Shown here in pieces: positions 24,146 to 37,345 of a DNA stretch of 64,000 nucleotides. The notes under the pieces are model-generated. The model saw only the letters and a list, made by a program, of their open reading frames with translations. It searched no databases and was not told the origin of the DNA. The position numbers and the translations under genes were made by a program. Origin of the DNA: Mytilus edulis. Lineage: Eukaryota. Every line of letters begins with the position of its first letter. Within the stretch, counting starts at the first letter, position 1. The DNA is taken from contig NC_092344.1 of assembly GCF_963676685.1 (NCBI RefSeq), positions 38,130,001 to 38,194,000 of the forward strand. The letters run 5' to 3'.

Positions 24146-26769
24146 ATACTTTTATTACAGATGGACTGTGTTCAGTGTAAAGTCCTGAGTCCAAATCTTG
24201 CTTATAGAAATTATAAACAAGTATTTATACACAATTGAATTAACAAGTATAGACATAACAAATAACAGTTAATTTGAGTAATATTGTTCACTGACAAAGA
24301 TTAAACTATTTTTAGAACTTGAAGAATAAATATTAAATGATAATCTGATTAAGACAATTAAGAACATACATTATGAATAAGGTAAAATGTCACTAATTAG
24401 CTAACAGATTGAAACATGTCACTCAATGTCCAAACTAAGAATTAAATTGCACATCAAAGCATGTTGATTTTAAGTCCTGGATATGAAATGTGAATAGAAA
24501 CGAAATTATAAAATAATATGAATTATAAAACATAGAGAATTAAAGTCTAAAATATCAAAATTGAGAAATTTATATGAAAGTCCTAAATAATAAATTAAGC
24601 TGCTTTTTCCTTGGTCACAAAAGTAAAATCACAAAAATACTGAACTCCGAGAGGAAAATTCAATCGGAAAGTCCATAATCACATGGCAAAATCAAATGAA
24701 AAATACATTAAAAACGATTGAGCCTGATGTTATAGCCCTAAACCTCTCAATTGTATAAATTGATGACTCTTTCTGAATCTCTGGCACCACTTATCATCGA
24801 GTCCTTTGCTCTTGTCAATTTGTGTTACTTTTTCTTTTCTCCTCAAAATTGCTGTGGCAATTTTTTTCAAGTCTGTTAGTGAGTTGTCTCCCTTTGTCTG
24901 TCATTATACTTGATGTACTTGAGGGAAATATGTTCTTCCATTATGATGGACACGTTCCTTACGGGTCCTGTTGTGCATCATCTTAGGCGGCCTTTACTGT
25001 GATCATACAATGTTGTTTTTGGACACCATAGATTCTTGCTGAGACGGATAAACTTTTACTCTATTCACAACCCGAACTGCAGCTAGCAAATTTGTTTGGT
25101 CTTTTTTTCTTGGACATCCACAAAAAAATGGGAACAATAATTTTGCATTTCATACCTTTTTAAGACTTAAAAAGTCATCATGATAATGATTGGTGTTTTT
25201 TACATTTTAAATCCTTTCAAGTCTGTTTGTTTAGTTGAAAAAAAAAAATCAGAATTATTTCAGAAAAATTATGGTAGTGTTACCAATACAGGTCTTATAT
25301 CATGATATCAAAGAAACATAAAAAGGCTATTGACAAAGCATATTAACAAAAATGAAAGACGGGAATACGAAAATGTTTTACAATAGCACAACAAGATGTA
25401 TAAGTACATAGCCACGTCATATGTATTAAAAACAAATCAAAAAGACATATAGACAAAGCACATTATGAAAAATGGGTGGAGCATGTCACAGGTATCGTAA
25501 ATGTTATTGAACATGCTTCATTCTTTTATCTTAAATATTAAAGTCTTAAATATAATTCATCTTTTAAACAATTTTTAAATATCTAAAAACATATTTTTTG
25601 TTTCAGAGAAATGTCTATGGCATATACTTTTGTGGTTAACGTTTTCTTTAATTTTTTATATCACCTCAGAGGTAGTATTTCTGAAACTGTCCAAACAATT
25701 TCAATTCCATACTTGGTCTTAATGTTCTTTAAAGAATTCACTTGTGAACCCTGGTTAAAAGTGTAATAAGTTCCACTGGTCTTAAAAACCACATTGCAAA
25801 ACATTATGCACAGAACGGTATACTTGTGGGCAGTACCAGCAAAGGTTCCATTCCAAGACGGTAATAAGGTCTCATTTTTTTTTCTCCGTGCTGATGTAGC
25901 ATGTGTAGGTACCTCAATTTAACGAGAATTTACGAGTTAATTGAGTTTATCTGTCGGTCAACAACAAAACTAATTTTTTGTATTCGTAGATGTTAAACCG
26001 TTGAGATATTTAATTTGAAGTAGAGTTCATTGTAATTCTAGAAAACCCTAAGATACCAAGTATATGAAAAACAAGACCTTGCATTCTTGTGTAAATTATG
26101 ATAGATACGTTAAATGGTAAACACTGAACATGATCTTACTTCAACTTTTTTTTTACAGGAAGGGCAAAATGAATGTAGCAAGTGCCCAAATAAGTATTGC
26201 TACAATAAAGATCTCCAAAATGATGTGAGAGCTGTTCATTATGGGTCTAAAATTTCTCCTAGTGTTCAACTTTTACCAGACATTTAAAATCAAACTAATA
26301 ATCTATATTTCTTACATTTACCAACGTTAAAGTGCGAGGCTTGGCATGCCACAAAACCAGGTTCAACCCACCATTTTTTCCTTTAAAAATGTCCTGTACC
26401 AAGTCAGGAATATGGCCATTTTTTTTATTATTGTTCGTTTCTGTGTGTGTTACATTTTAACTTTGCGTCGTTTGTTTTCTCTTATTTTTTTAGTGTAATT
26501 TCACATTGCGATAAGACGTGTCACGGTACTTGTCTATCCCATATTCATGTAATTGTTTTTGATGTTATATTTGTTATTCTTGTGGGATTTTGTCTGATGC
26601 TTAGTCCGTTTCTGTGTGTGTTACATTTTAGTGTTGTGTCGTTGTTCTCTTATATTTAATGCGTTTCCCTCGGTTTTAGTTTGTTACCCCGATTTTGTTT
26701 TTGTCCATGGATTTACGAGTTTTGAACAGCGGTATACTACTGTTAACTTTATTTAAAGTAGTTTATTTT

Positions 26770-28655
26770 CTGTTGTTCAACAATATTTAACGTGTCGCTT
26801 AATTGAACACCGGGTAAAAATTTAATCACTTGACTAATCAAGTGAATCAAGTGGCTGAAGTTGAAGGAAGCAAACTGAAAAGGCTCAAAAAGACAAACTA
26901 TACAAGGCAGAAGAGGACTTACTGAGGAAACCCATCTACTTGCATCTTCGCTATCCAAGATCGAGTTACGATCCACTCCCGCTATTCTCACCCTTGGCGG
27001 CTTGAGATAAAATTTCGGAGACACAAGGTAAGGATTTGTATTGGTTATAGTAGAAACTCGCTGCATCCAATCAAAAAGCGCCTATAACATGATCACGTGT
27101 AGATGTTGAAAGTGTTTGTAAACAATTGCCACGTGTTTATTGTGTAACAAGTCTTTACATCACTAAGCATACGACTATATTTAGTGACACTTGAATGTTT
27201 TTAATCAACTAATAGAAGTTCATGTGTATGTTCCATGCATAAATGCATGAATGTTGACGTATATTTTCGTGTGCGGCTTTACCAAGTGTATAGAATGTAG
27301 ACGCTACCGTGTTTTTACCTCCAAATTGAAGAGTTCAAGTGCAACCATTGGTCAAGAATAATGTATTCGGAATGGGCGTGACTTTAATCTTCCAATAGAT
27401 GGCGCAACATTGATATCACAAATGTTAGCTCAATCTGCCAAGGATGAAGAGAGCGGGAGTGGATCGTACCCCTTGGCTAGCGAAGATAATCAACTTGTAA
27501 AAGACTCAAACATTTTAAATAGGAAATTGACCAATACTGTCAACAAGAAATAATAATATAAAAATACCCTTGGAGTACGAAACAAATAGAGAACACACTA
27601 AGAGTGGCAGTGGAGAGAGATATCGACCTGATAAAGGACACTAACCAACTTCAGGGGGATTTAGGATGGACTTGAAACAGAATCGTTCCAGACAAGTAAA
27701 GGATGGGTTATTGTTAATCCGGAATAAAGTATATGAATATCTTCTTACAGGAACACAGTTTATAGGTGAAACACTTTATTTTCTTGAGGATTTATATAGG
27801 GGATTATTTAGTCTTCACATTTTTTAAACTTATAATTTAAAGTACATTGTATCTGAATTTAATTGAATGATATGATGTCATTGCCCTCCCCTATCAAATT
27901 CCTGTAAAGTTTGATAGAACAAAAAATAGACAAGGGGTGGGTGGGCACATTTTTAAAAACTATTTTGATGAAGAAAAAAAATATGTAAAGCATAAACATT
28001 AACAGTTTAATGTAAATACAGTTCATGATTAATCATATATGAAAGTAAAAAGCAATTTACGGATCCAATAAAAGGTTTACAAGATTGAGTTGTCTTTCTT
28101 CCTACGTCAATTTTCAAATTAGCTGAAAACCAACCAATATTGTATAAAAGACGATTGAAGATGTCAAGAAAAAGGACGCTCATATGATGCATATTTTAAA
28201 CATAAATAAGGTAGAATATAGTGTTTTAAATAACCTTCATGGTCACAAATTGCTTGTATAATGATGTTGTTAAACCCCTATTTGTTCACAAATGCCGGTT
28301 CATCAACGATAGGCCCATTAATTCGTATGTGGGTCTCATGAATGCATATAACCACGTTCGAAAATCCAGCCTTTTCGAAAAATCGCGCCCTTATAATTTT
28401 CTTCCTCTGGTTATCTGGCCACAAAATAAAAGAGGGACGAAAGATACCAAAGGGACAGTCAAACTCATAAATCTAATATAAACTGACAACGCCATGGCTA
28501 AAAATGAAAAAGACAAACAGAAAAACAATAGTACACATGACACAACATAGAAAACTAAAGAATAAACTGATCCTTTCTTTATAAACTAATGCCTCCGTCA
28601 CACGGGCTTTCACCCGAGACACAGTTGATTTGTCGAATCGCATTGTGTCCCCAAC
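26770..28655 (-). mobile_element. Second, more decayed Harbinger copy with nested insertions
   Basis: 27839-28420 is homologous to parts of 13311-14405 (FVNK.GFNNIIIQAICDH); terminus-like CTGTTGTTCAAC at 26770; interrupted at 26943-27488 and 28424-28568. Confidence 0.65.
26943..27488. mobile_element. MITE with about 40-bp imperfect TIRs and 9-bp TSD (Mutator-like)
   Basis: ATCTTCGCTATCCAAG..TACGATCCACTCCCGCT / AGCGGGAGTGGATCGTA..CTTGGCTAGCGAAGAT; flanks ATCTACTTG / ATCAACTTG (8/9). Confidence 0.8.
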
Positions 28656-29629
28656 ACCGGTGGAGTTGCAACTGAGATCAACTTGTTACTGAGATCCAAT
28701 TGTAATTAACATTCTGTGTCACATTGACACAATTTTTCTAAGATGTTTTCCTCGGCCCTTAGACACACCTGCATGATGTGGGATCGTACACTAATACTAG
28801 TAGCACAAAATTTTCCTTAACGTCAGATCTTGACCAAGGTTTGGAATCCGTTATGTCAACCTTTATTATTGTTTTAGTATTCTGTATTTTTTTTTAAGTT
28901 GCCTTTTTCAAAATTGAAGTTCGTCGTAATTCAGTCTCAATTGTTTTTGTGAAAAGACATGGACTACCTGCATCCATGTTTTACTGCGAAAAAAGTGTTT
29001 CAATAATGTTTCATCAGACGGGACAGCGAATTTATTCTGCATATCCTGGGAGATAAGTCTGCGGAGTGATCCTTAGAGATAAGTCCTTCTGCTTCAAGAA
29101 CTAAAGAAATTTATGTCCGTTGGGTTTATAGCTTATTCACTCTCATTCAAAAATCAATCGAAACATCATTGTACCAAACAGAAGTTATGCTATCTTTCGT
29201 ATACAAACTTCCTTTATCTAAGTTTAATGAAATGCAATGTTTATAACACTTATTTTAATGTGTTTTAAAATCTTTTTCAATGATGCTAATTTATCGTGAA
29301 CGCTAAATAGAATGTTCATATAAATAGAAAAACATCGTAAAAGAGGGTCGACAGATACCAGAGGGACAGTCAAACTCATAAATCGAAAATAAACTGACAA
29401 CGCCATGCACACATGACAACATATAAAAACTTAAGAATAAGCAACACGAACAACACCAAAAACTTGGGATGGTCTTAGGTACTCCGGAAGGGTAAGCAGA
29501 TCCTGCTCCACATGTGTTGCTCATGTTATAACAAATCCGGTCAACTTTGAGCAATGATCAAATGTTCTCCAGTTCATACCGGTTCGAAAGCCAATATGTT
29601 GAACAATTCCTTAACCACGTAGAAAAGAA

Positions 29630-29830
29630 AACTATAATAGTTTCATTTGATGTAGTCAGTCTCCACAAAAATACAGATTAGAAGCTGCTGCAATTAATTA
29701 TTGGACAGAAAAACACAAAAACATCCAGCTACATTTTTTAAAACCAAATAGAAAAGGAAATAATAATTGTTAATTGTTATATCTTCAGAACATTATTTCA
29801 TTTTTGACACTGAAACGTATTGCAATCCGT
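29630..29830 (+). pseudogene. Highly decayed Penelope-like RT fragment
   Basis: IVSFDVVSL motif and an NxFxFD-like motif; many lesions. Confidence 0.4.
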
Positions 29831-30124
29831 ACACAGTTGGATGCACATCACTGTCACGTGTGCCAGCCCATGATGGCGGACTCTAAACTTGTTGATATAT
29901 AACTGACAAAAAATCTACTTTTTGCAACGTTTTTTATGCTCCAATTGAAAATTGTTCTAGATAGCGTAGTTATATAAATCTAGGTAATGATTATGGGGTT
30001 TGATAATGTTAATTGTCCATTAATTGTTGAAATTGACAATCTTACAATTATGAAAAATAAGTCACCAACATCCAAAAATAAAGTTACGGACAGTCTGGTT
30101 AGTTTTGCATAATAAGTGATGATG

Positions 30125-30430
30125 GTGGACTTTCAGTCACGAGGGTTTCATCAGCTCAGTAGCCAGTACTTCGGTACTGTCATGATTTAACAAATTTTAC
30201 GAAAATTGCCCTTTTTAAAATTTTAAATTATTAAGAAACTATGGTTTCAACTCCCTCATACAAAGTGGCTTTAGATGAATTTGGCTATTTATTTTTTGTT
30301 ATTTTTGACATATACAAAAATGTAGCTCTTCAACGGTTTCGGTACTTATACATCTTCGGATTTCAAATGTTTGGCTTTGAGCGTTCCTGTTGATGGTTAA
30401 TCCAGAAAAGCGCTTTGGACACGAGAAACG
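30125..30430 (+). mobile_element. Retrozyme/PLE unit with mutated hammerhead (30381-30423)
   Basis: Reverse complement of the 12.6-13.1 kb unit; core reads CUGUUGA...GAAAagcgcuUU. Confidence 0.75.
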
Positions 30431-30689
30431 TGTTGTTTTCCTTTTTTTACGGACGTCTTATGTTGGCCTCGCGCTAAAGCTTCTAGAAAACAGCATTCGA
30501 AAATTCATCACTTTTTCAAAACTCTATTTTGATTTTCCACAACAAACATCACCTCCGGATCCTTTTGCTTAACATAACTTTTGAGTTTTAAACCCTTGAT
30601 ACCACCATTCCTCATGTGAAAAACAACTTTTGAGTTTTTATCCATGTATACCACTATTCCCCATGTGAAAAACACAGTGATGACTGCTG

Positions 30690-31490
30690 TACCAATATTT
30701 TGACTATTTTTACCTATTATGTCTGTTTCTGTCACGCATCGTTGTAAACGGAATTTGATGCGACTGTCATACAATTGAGAGGTTTAGCGCTATAAAACCA
30801 GGTTCAATCCACCCTATTCTGCATAAGGAAATGCCTGTACCAAGTTAGGAATATGACAGTTATAATCCATTCGTGTGATGTGTTTGAGCTTTTGATTTTG
30901 CCATTTGATTAGGACTTATATCTAGAAATTGACTATGAGGGTCGGTTGAAAACAAAAGTTTACGACAAAAGAGATGGTTTTAGCTTCCCAATTGTTACCT
31001 TTTCATTTTAAACCAAGAGATCCAAAGTGAAGTTGTAATAATCATTTCGTAAATATTACGGACGCCATCACGAGTTGGTTGAACGTTATGGAATGTTCGT
31101 TATATGAATGATATCGGATATGTTCCTTATGACGTAACTACAATCCCCTTCCGACTAAAGACTATTTCCCGGCTTTGTAAATACATGAGCAAAACGACGC
31201 GTGCCACATTTGGAGCAAAATCTGCACCTGAAAGGTGTTGTATCCCTATTTGTTCCATTTTGTTCATGCATCATTGTCAATATGATGGAAGTTGATGCGA
31301 CTGTCGTACAAGTGAGAGTTTAAGCGCTATAAAACCAGGTTCAATCCACAATTTTCTACATTTGACAATGCCTGTACCAAGTCAGGAATATGAAAGTTGT
31401 TATTTATTCGTTTGATGTGTTTTATTATTTGATTAGGGATTTACATTTTTGAATTTTCCTCGGAGTTCAGTATTTTTGTGATTTACTTTT
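30690..31490 (+). mobile_element. Penelope-like (Naiad-type) RT C-terminal fragment between two copies of its associated non-coding repeat
   Basis: DLYLEIDYEGRLKTKVYDKRDGFSFPIV and YYGRHHELVERYG; flanking repeats 30690-30915 and 31230-31490. Confidence 0.75.
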
Positions 31491-32014
31491 TATTCAATAT
31501 TAAAAATGAAATTAAAATAAAAAAAAAATGATGCGACCTCCAGTGCTCCGGAAGGGTAAGCAGGTTCAGCTTATTGCAAGACACCCGACCGTAGCGTTTC
31601 TCCCTAAGGTCATTTTCGAATCAAAGGAGATGTTTCTACGACAACGATATAAGGTTAAAAAAAAAGTAAAATCACAAAAATACTGAACTCAGAGGAAAAT
31701 CTTAATGGAAAGTCCATAATCACATGGCAAAATCAAACACTTAGAGTGGGCAATTGACAGTGAGTCTGAAATAAGAGAGAATGAGAAGTGCTGTGTATGC
31801 AAGTTTGTACCAGAGCAGATGAGACGGGGTAGTAGCTTGATATTTACAAAGTGGGCACACTGTGAGAGGTAGGTGCATCCTAATTATTGTACAACAGTGA
31901 GAGTTATTATGAGTGATAGTTTCATGTGTGTTTTTTGTGAGAAAGAAGTAGATTAATTGGTAAATAAAAATAAAAATCATTTTCTGAAACATTATTGTAC
32001 TCATTTAACAAAGA

Positions 32015-32340
32015 AACTTTCCTGTATGAAGTCAGCCTCATAATAATAAACAAGTCTGCAAGAAAAGGGGCACAACTGGTTTCCACTGGAATTCCGTGTT
32101 GAAAAACACGTCCTCCAAACGTAACAAATATGTTGTCAATCAAGAAATCAATCATCTTGATAATGTCAGTTTCAGAGAATATTTTGTTTGAATCAGAGTG
32201 ACTCTTTACAAAATAGGATATATCTCTACCCAAGACACTTGTATCTATCTACGTTCGCAATTATTTTTAATGTAACAAAGTAATACCAACTTATCCAATT
32301 TGTCTTCTAACGTATTACTAAGTTTGAAACAGAAATACAA
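32015..32340 (-). pseudogene. Penelope-like (Naiad-type) RT core fragment
   Basis: DIIKMIDFLIDNIFVTFGGRVFQ.GIPVETSCAPFLADLF, matching the GIPMGTNCAPLLADLF motif. Confidence 0.8.
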
Positions 32341-32342
32341 AG

Positions 32343-32803
32343 TTTTTATGCCCCACCTACGATAGTAGAGGGGCATTATGTTTTCTGGTCTGTTCCTCCG
32401 TTCGTCCGTCAGTGCGTCCGTTCGCTTCAGGTTTAAGTTTTTGGTTAAGGTAGTTAAGAAATTGAAGTCCAATCAACATGAAACTTAGTACACATGCTCC
32501 CCATGATTGATATGATCTTTCTAATTTTTATGCCAAATTATAGTTTTGACCCCAATTTCATGGTCCACTGAACATATAAAATGATAGTGCGAAGTTCAGG
32601 TTAAAGTTTTTGGTCAAGGTAGTTTTTGATGAAGTTAAAGTTACATCAACTTGAAACTTAGTTCACATGCATGTTCCCTATGATATGATCTTTCTAATTT
32701 TAATTCCAAATTAAAGTTTTGACCCCAACTTCACGGTCCACTGAACATAGAAAATGATAGTGCGAGTGGGGCATTCGTGTACTATGGACACATTCTTGTT
32801 TTT
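32343..32803 (+). mobile_element. Helentron-associated HINE
   Basis: TTTTTATGCCCC...GGGGCAT 5' hairpin, GTCC microsatellite, two internal repeats of about 175 bp, 3' GGGCAT plus hairpin plus CTTGTT; inserted in a T-run. Confidence 0.85.
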
Positions 32804-34221
32804 CCATAGTTCAACCGCTAAATTGAGAAATAAGCTGTCTAAATATCGCAATGTTATGGGTATCTGTATAGACTGATACCCACAACTGTAATAAACATTT
32901 AATTTTAACTCTTAAACATATCAGACAGAGCTTGCCCTTATGTCTGGATCAATAGAAGGCGATGACATAGAATACTTCCTCCCATCTAAAATTAATTAAT
33001 TCCCTTGAGGATTTCTTCCAATGGGGAATTAAACTGGAGAAGCAGTGTAGATAGAAATTGGTAGGAGATTACTAGTATTTTTTTGAAGGAATAATATGCA
33101 TGGGGATATATTTTTTGTCATACTTTTATTGTTATTAAATTCATTTTTAAGAAACTGCTATACTAATAATAATAATTGACTTCGTCATGCATTAAACTGC
33201 TATTGGCAAGTTGGATAAATAATTTTGATTAAATTGTCTTTAGATTATGTCCTTTCAAATTGATACACAATATCTCAATCAGAAAAGATAAGGACATCAC
33301 CTATAAATACTATAAATAGAAAATAACTCTTTTAAGTTTGATTATAAAATTCTCTGCAAGCCTCATAGTTGAAAATTAACTATTTCAATTATACTACGGT
33401 AAAATACTCTTTATTGGCTATATCTTTGATTTTAATGAATTTATGTATGCTTTTATAAATTAGTAATATTGAAATATTTCTTATCTATTACAATTAATAA
33501 ATTTTGAAAACTCCACAATGCTTTTTAGTCTTTTCTTTTGATAAACATAAAAGAAGGCCTACGGATTTAATTAGTGGTGCATGAACTGCTGAACAGAGCA
33601 ATCTTGAAAAACACAGAGCTTCCTCTTGAGAAATATATATGATGATCCCTTATCGATGTCCCCTAATAAATTTTTGAAAAATACTTGAACCCACCGATCT
33701 TAAGGTATAATTATATTATTCCTCTTTTGAAATTTGCAAAAGTAGCGTTTTTGAATCCTTTTTCTACATAACATTTGGACTATTTCTTTAAAGGGAATTG
33801 GGGAATCATATGTTTTGCATTTAAACATATTTGTTAAAAAAACTTCATGATACTACCTCAGTACTTAAATTGTAAATTTAATTTTTTTTTTGTGTATAGA
33901 ACTATATAAGTTAGCAGTAATTTAAAATGTTCTTAGAAATATTTCCTTGATCATCCTTGTATTCTATAAAAAAAATATTTTCTAAAATTCTATGGTGTAG
34001 TTTTCTTTTTATCACCCAAATTTGGGTTTTCCTCCATACTTTTTATAAGATATTTTGAAAATGAAATATGATATAAACTTCATTTTGACAAATTATTAAA
34101 AATCTTTGGAATTAAATGATTAAGAACCCCTATTGAATATGTATATACCAATGTGTACAGAACAGCAATATTTTTCCATATTTCAACTTCAAGAGTAATT
34201 ATTCTTGTAAAATTAGTTTAA

Positions 34222-36433
34222 CTATTGTGGTATTACATTTATAATTTCTGTCTGAGCCAATGATAAATAAATGTTGAGGAGATCTTCTGCCATCTTTTCA
34301 GCGGCCACAGCAAACCTTTCCAAAACCAAAACTTTTTGTTTTCTATAATCATCCATTTTTTTATGACTTTATATAGCAAATTTCATATTGTGGTAGTTAT
34401 CTGTAATACAAGCATTTACGCTGTACATTTCATAAATAACATGAGTAAAGTAAATAATGAAAATAACGAGAATGCAAGAAGTTGGTTTGTGTGTAGTGTC
34501 CAACATATTTGTGCTAATTAAAACAAAGTTTTGTTTACAAAGCGTCATAAGGACCTCATATTAGAATGTTGAAAAATTGTTGACCACCGAAAAGTTTAAG
34601 AAAAGGTTCTTGTTTTGCTGTTCAAATTACATATTATGAATTCCTTTTGCTTTATAGTGTTAATTCATGTATTGTAATTATTGAATTGAATTTTTTAATA
34701 TGATATAAATAAAAGTTAAGTAAGGAATTTCAATATTTCATGAACTCTCAGTTAGTCTCTGCTTGTTTTTGTTAAAAACAAAATAATTAAACCTACATTA
34801 TTTATTGACATGAATAGTTGGTGAAAAATTTTGAGGGAGTAATTACTGCATAAATGTTTAATAAGTCCTGCTCTGTGTTTAAAACTAGTTGACGTTTTTT
34901 CTCAGCAAGTAGAAATAATTCTGCAATGATGGTGAAAAAGGTAATTAATAATAACACTTACTGCTAATTGTGTATTTTCGCTTCCTTCCATTGCCTGAAA
35001 CAGAAATAAATTATTGTTTATCAAAGAATAATACAGGAATTAAGACAAAAAACAATTATTTAATTAACTTAAAACAAATATATAAAATATAAATATGTGC
35101 ACAAATGACATTGTTTGTAAAATGAAAAGATAATGTCATCCTTTAGACTACTCAATGTAATTTTGTTTAAATCATTAAGATGAAAGTAAGTCTTTTTATA
35201 ATTGTGCGATTGAGACTTGTTTGGGTAGTCCCCTGATTTATTTGAAGTATGTGATACAGCTTGTTAGTTTCTCACAACAGGTTGGAAGTTTCGTCTTGGT
35301 ACTATGATTTTTTTGAAGTTGCATGTATTAACATAAATTGAAAAAAATAGACATGAATTACTTACATTTATAATCAAACAAATAAAAGATAGTCATTTGC
35401 TATATTGAAATGTTGCTTTTGATTGTTTCCACTGTACCTTTCAAGACAATAGTCAATACAAGTATTTTATGAATAAGGTTTCCTTTTTTTTTTTATTGTT
35501 TTTATCAATTTATGTTTTCAAAGACAGTAAATTGTCATGGAAACTAGAAAAGGTTGATCAACATTGTAAGTTAAAAAATCATAAGATGCCTATATCCTTC
35601 TCTAAAAAAACTATTCTCCTGAGGAACAGAAGCCTCTTCAATGTCACAAACTGCTTCGTCTTCCGGAGAATTGGCCATGCGTACTTCTGCTGTATATGTT
35701 GTACTTGAAGGTAGTCCTATAACAGAAATAATTTTACTAAATGAAAATCAGAAGCACTAAAATAAGTGTTAAACTGCTTTAAAATTTAAGCAAAAACAAC
35801 ACTTCATTATTTTTTTTATCACTTATAGACATAAACACCAGTAAAAAAAAATCGGTAATACCATCTTAATTAATATGGTCAATGTACTTGAAAATTTGAT
35901 GTTATGCACAAAATGTAAATGAATATTGCTGACAATTATAAAGAGTGAGATTTAAGAATTAATAAATGGTATGTATTGCCTGAAAGTTTATATTTTGTTA
36001 TTGCTATTACTTGTGTTTGATTCTTCCATTTTTTTTTGCAGTCGGCTATAGGTACTGGTTAACTTTTCCACAGCCACTTCATATCTATCCTAGTTTTTCA
36101 AAGGGAAAATTCCTTGTCACACAAGGAAATATTATTTTATTATGTTTATACAAAAAGATATCTTCTTGTGTCAACAACTACCTGTTAAAAAAAGGTTAGA
36201 CCTTCATTTTTTTGTTATACTGACTTTAATTTATAGATTAAAAGTGTCTACTATACTTACGTTGGTTTCCCAGGGCTTGAAAGAGCAAACTGGAGGTGGA
36301 TCCCATTTAGTAACTCTTGTTGCAGTTACTCTCGTAGCCTCTTTTTTTTTCGTGACACTTTTTACATCCTGCCATTTTTTTTTGGCAGTCTGCTACAGAT
36401 CTAATAACACTGCTGGCATTTACTGCATTAACA
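34222..36433 (-). pseudogene. Spliced Myb/SANT-like (Harbinger-partner type) gene, decayed; exons about 36433-36261, 35717-?, 34995-34962, 34400-34222
   Basis: VNAVNASSVIRSVADCQKKWQDVKSVTKKKEA; GNGRKRKY; terminal coiled coil KVLVLERFAVAAEKMAEDLL; GT/AG sites; one frameshift and one premature TAA. Confidence 0.7.
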
Positions 36434-37014
36434 CTGTACATTATACAAACAATAAATGTAATCAAACTTTTAAACTTAATAACAAGTCATGTAAACAAAA
36501 CTTTATTAAATAATAGGCAGGTACAGGAAGCATGTAGTTCTTACCTAACTATGCATTTTTAAATTTACCTCACCAATTTATCCCAACACAATTTCTAATT
36601 GAATCGACCATAACTAATTTTACTAAATTTATTTAACGCCTTGTATATTCTGTTTTAAAATGTATTACTTTCTATTCATACATTGGGATGTATAAATACT
36701 GGGTCATGCAAACTTGTATTTGTAGAAAAATATGTACCCATCTGATTAATTCAGCTTTTTTCAACTGACTTTTATAGTTGGTTCTTATGTTGTACTGTTA
36801 CACTATTGTCTCTGGTTAGGGGAGGGTTGGGATCCTGTTAACATGTTTAAACCCGCCACATTCGGTATGTATGTGCTTGTCCTAAATCATGGACCTTTAA
36901 TTGTATAGTGGTTGCTGTTTGTTTAAATGTAACATATATTGAGTCTTACTATTGTCTGTATAAAGAACTTTACTTCTTATACTATAGTGTTTTTGCAGCA
37001 GTAACATAAAAAAC

Positions 37015-37345
37015 ACGCTTGTTTGCAGATGATTGTATCTTTTACAGAAACATAACAAATCACCAAGATTGTACCATACTACAAAATGATTTAAACTGCC
37101 TAGCCAATTATGAACAAACTTAGGGTATGCAATTCCATCCAGAAAACGCAACCATCTCACTGTGACAAGATCACACTCACCATTCAAACATGACTATGTA
37201 TTAAAAGGCCACATTTTAGAATCCGTCAGCACTGCAAAATAGCTCGGTATCACCCTTTCTCACAACATGTGTTTGAATACACATATCAAAAACATTACTG
37301 CAAAAGCAAATACGATCTTAGGCTTTCATAAAAGAAACTTAAAAA
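37015..37345 (+). pseudogene. CR1/L2/Jockey-group LINE RT fragment
   Basis: RLFADDCI...LQNDL...MQFHPEK...LGITLS...HIKNITAKANTILGFIKRNL. Confidence 0.85.

Larger units (their letters stand above)
19958..24619 (-). mobile_element. Tandem array of a gag-only LTR-like retroelement (about 680-bp LTR, 938-bp internal region)
   Basis: Near-identical repeat starts at 19958, 20603 and 22223 and resumes at 24146. Ends TGTCACC...GGTCACA with AAAG on both flanks. PBS-like TGGTGGACG 3 nt after the repeat end (22211-22219, minus). Confidence 0.75.
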
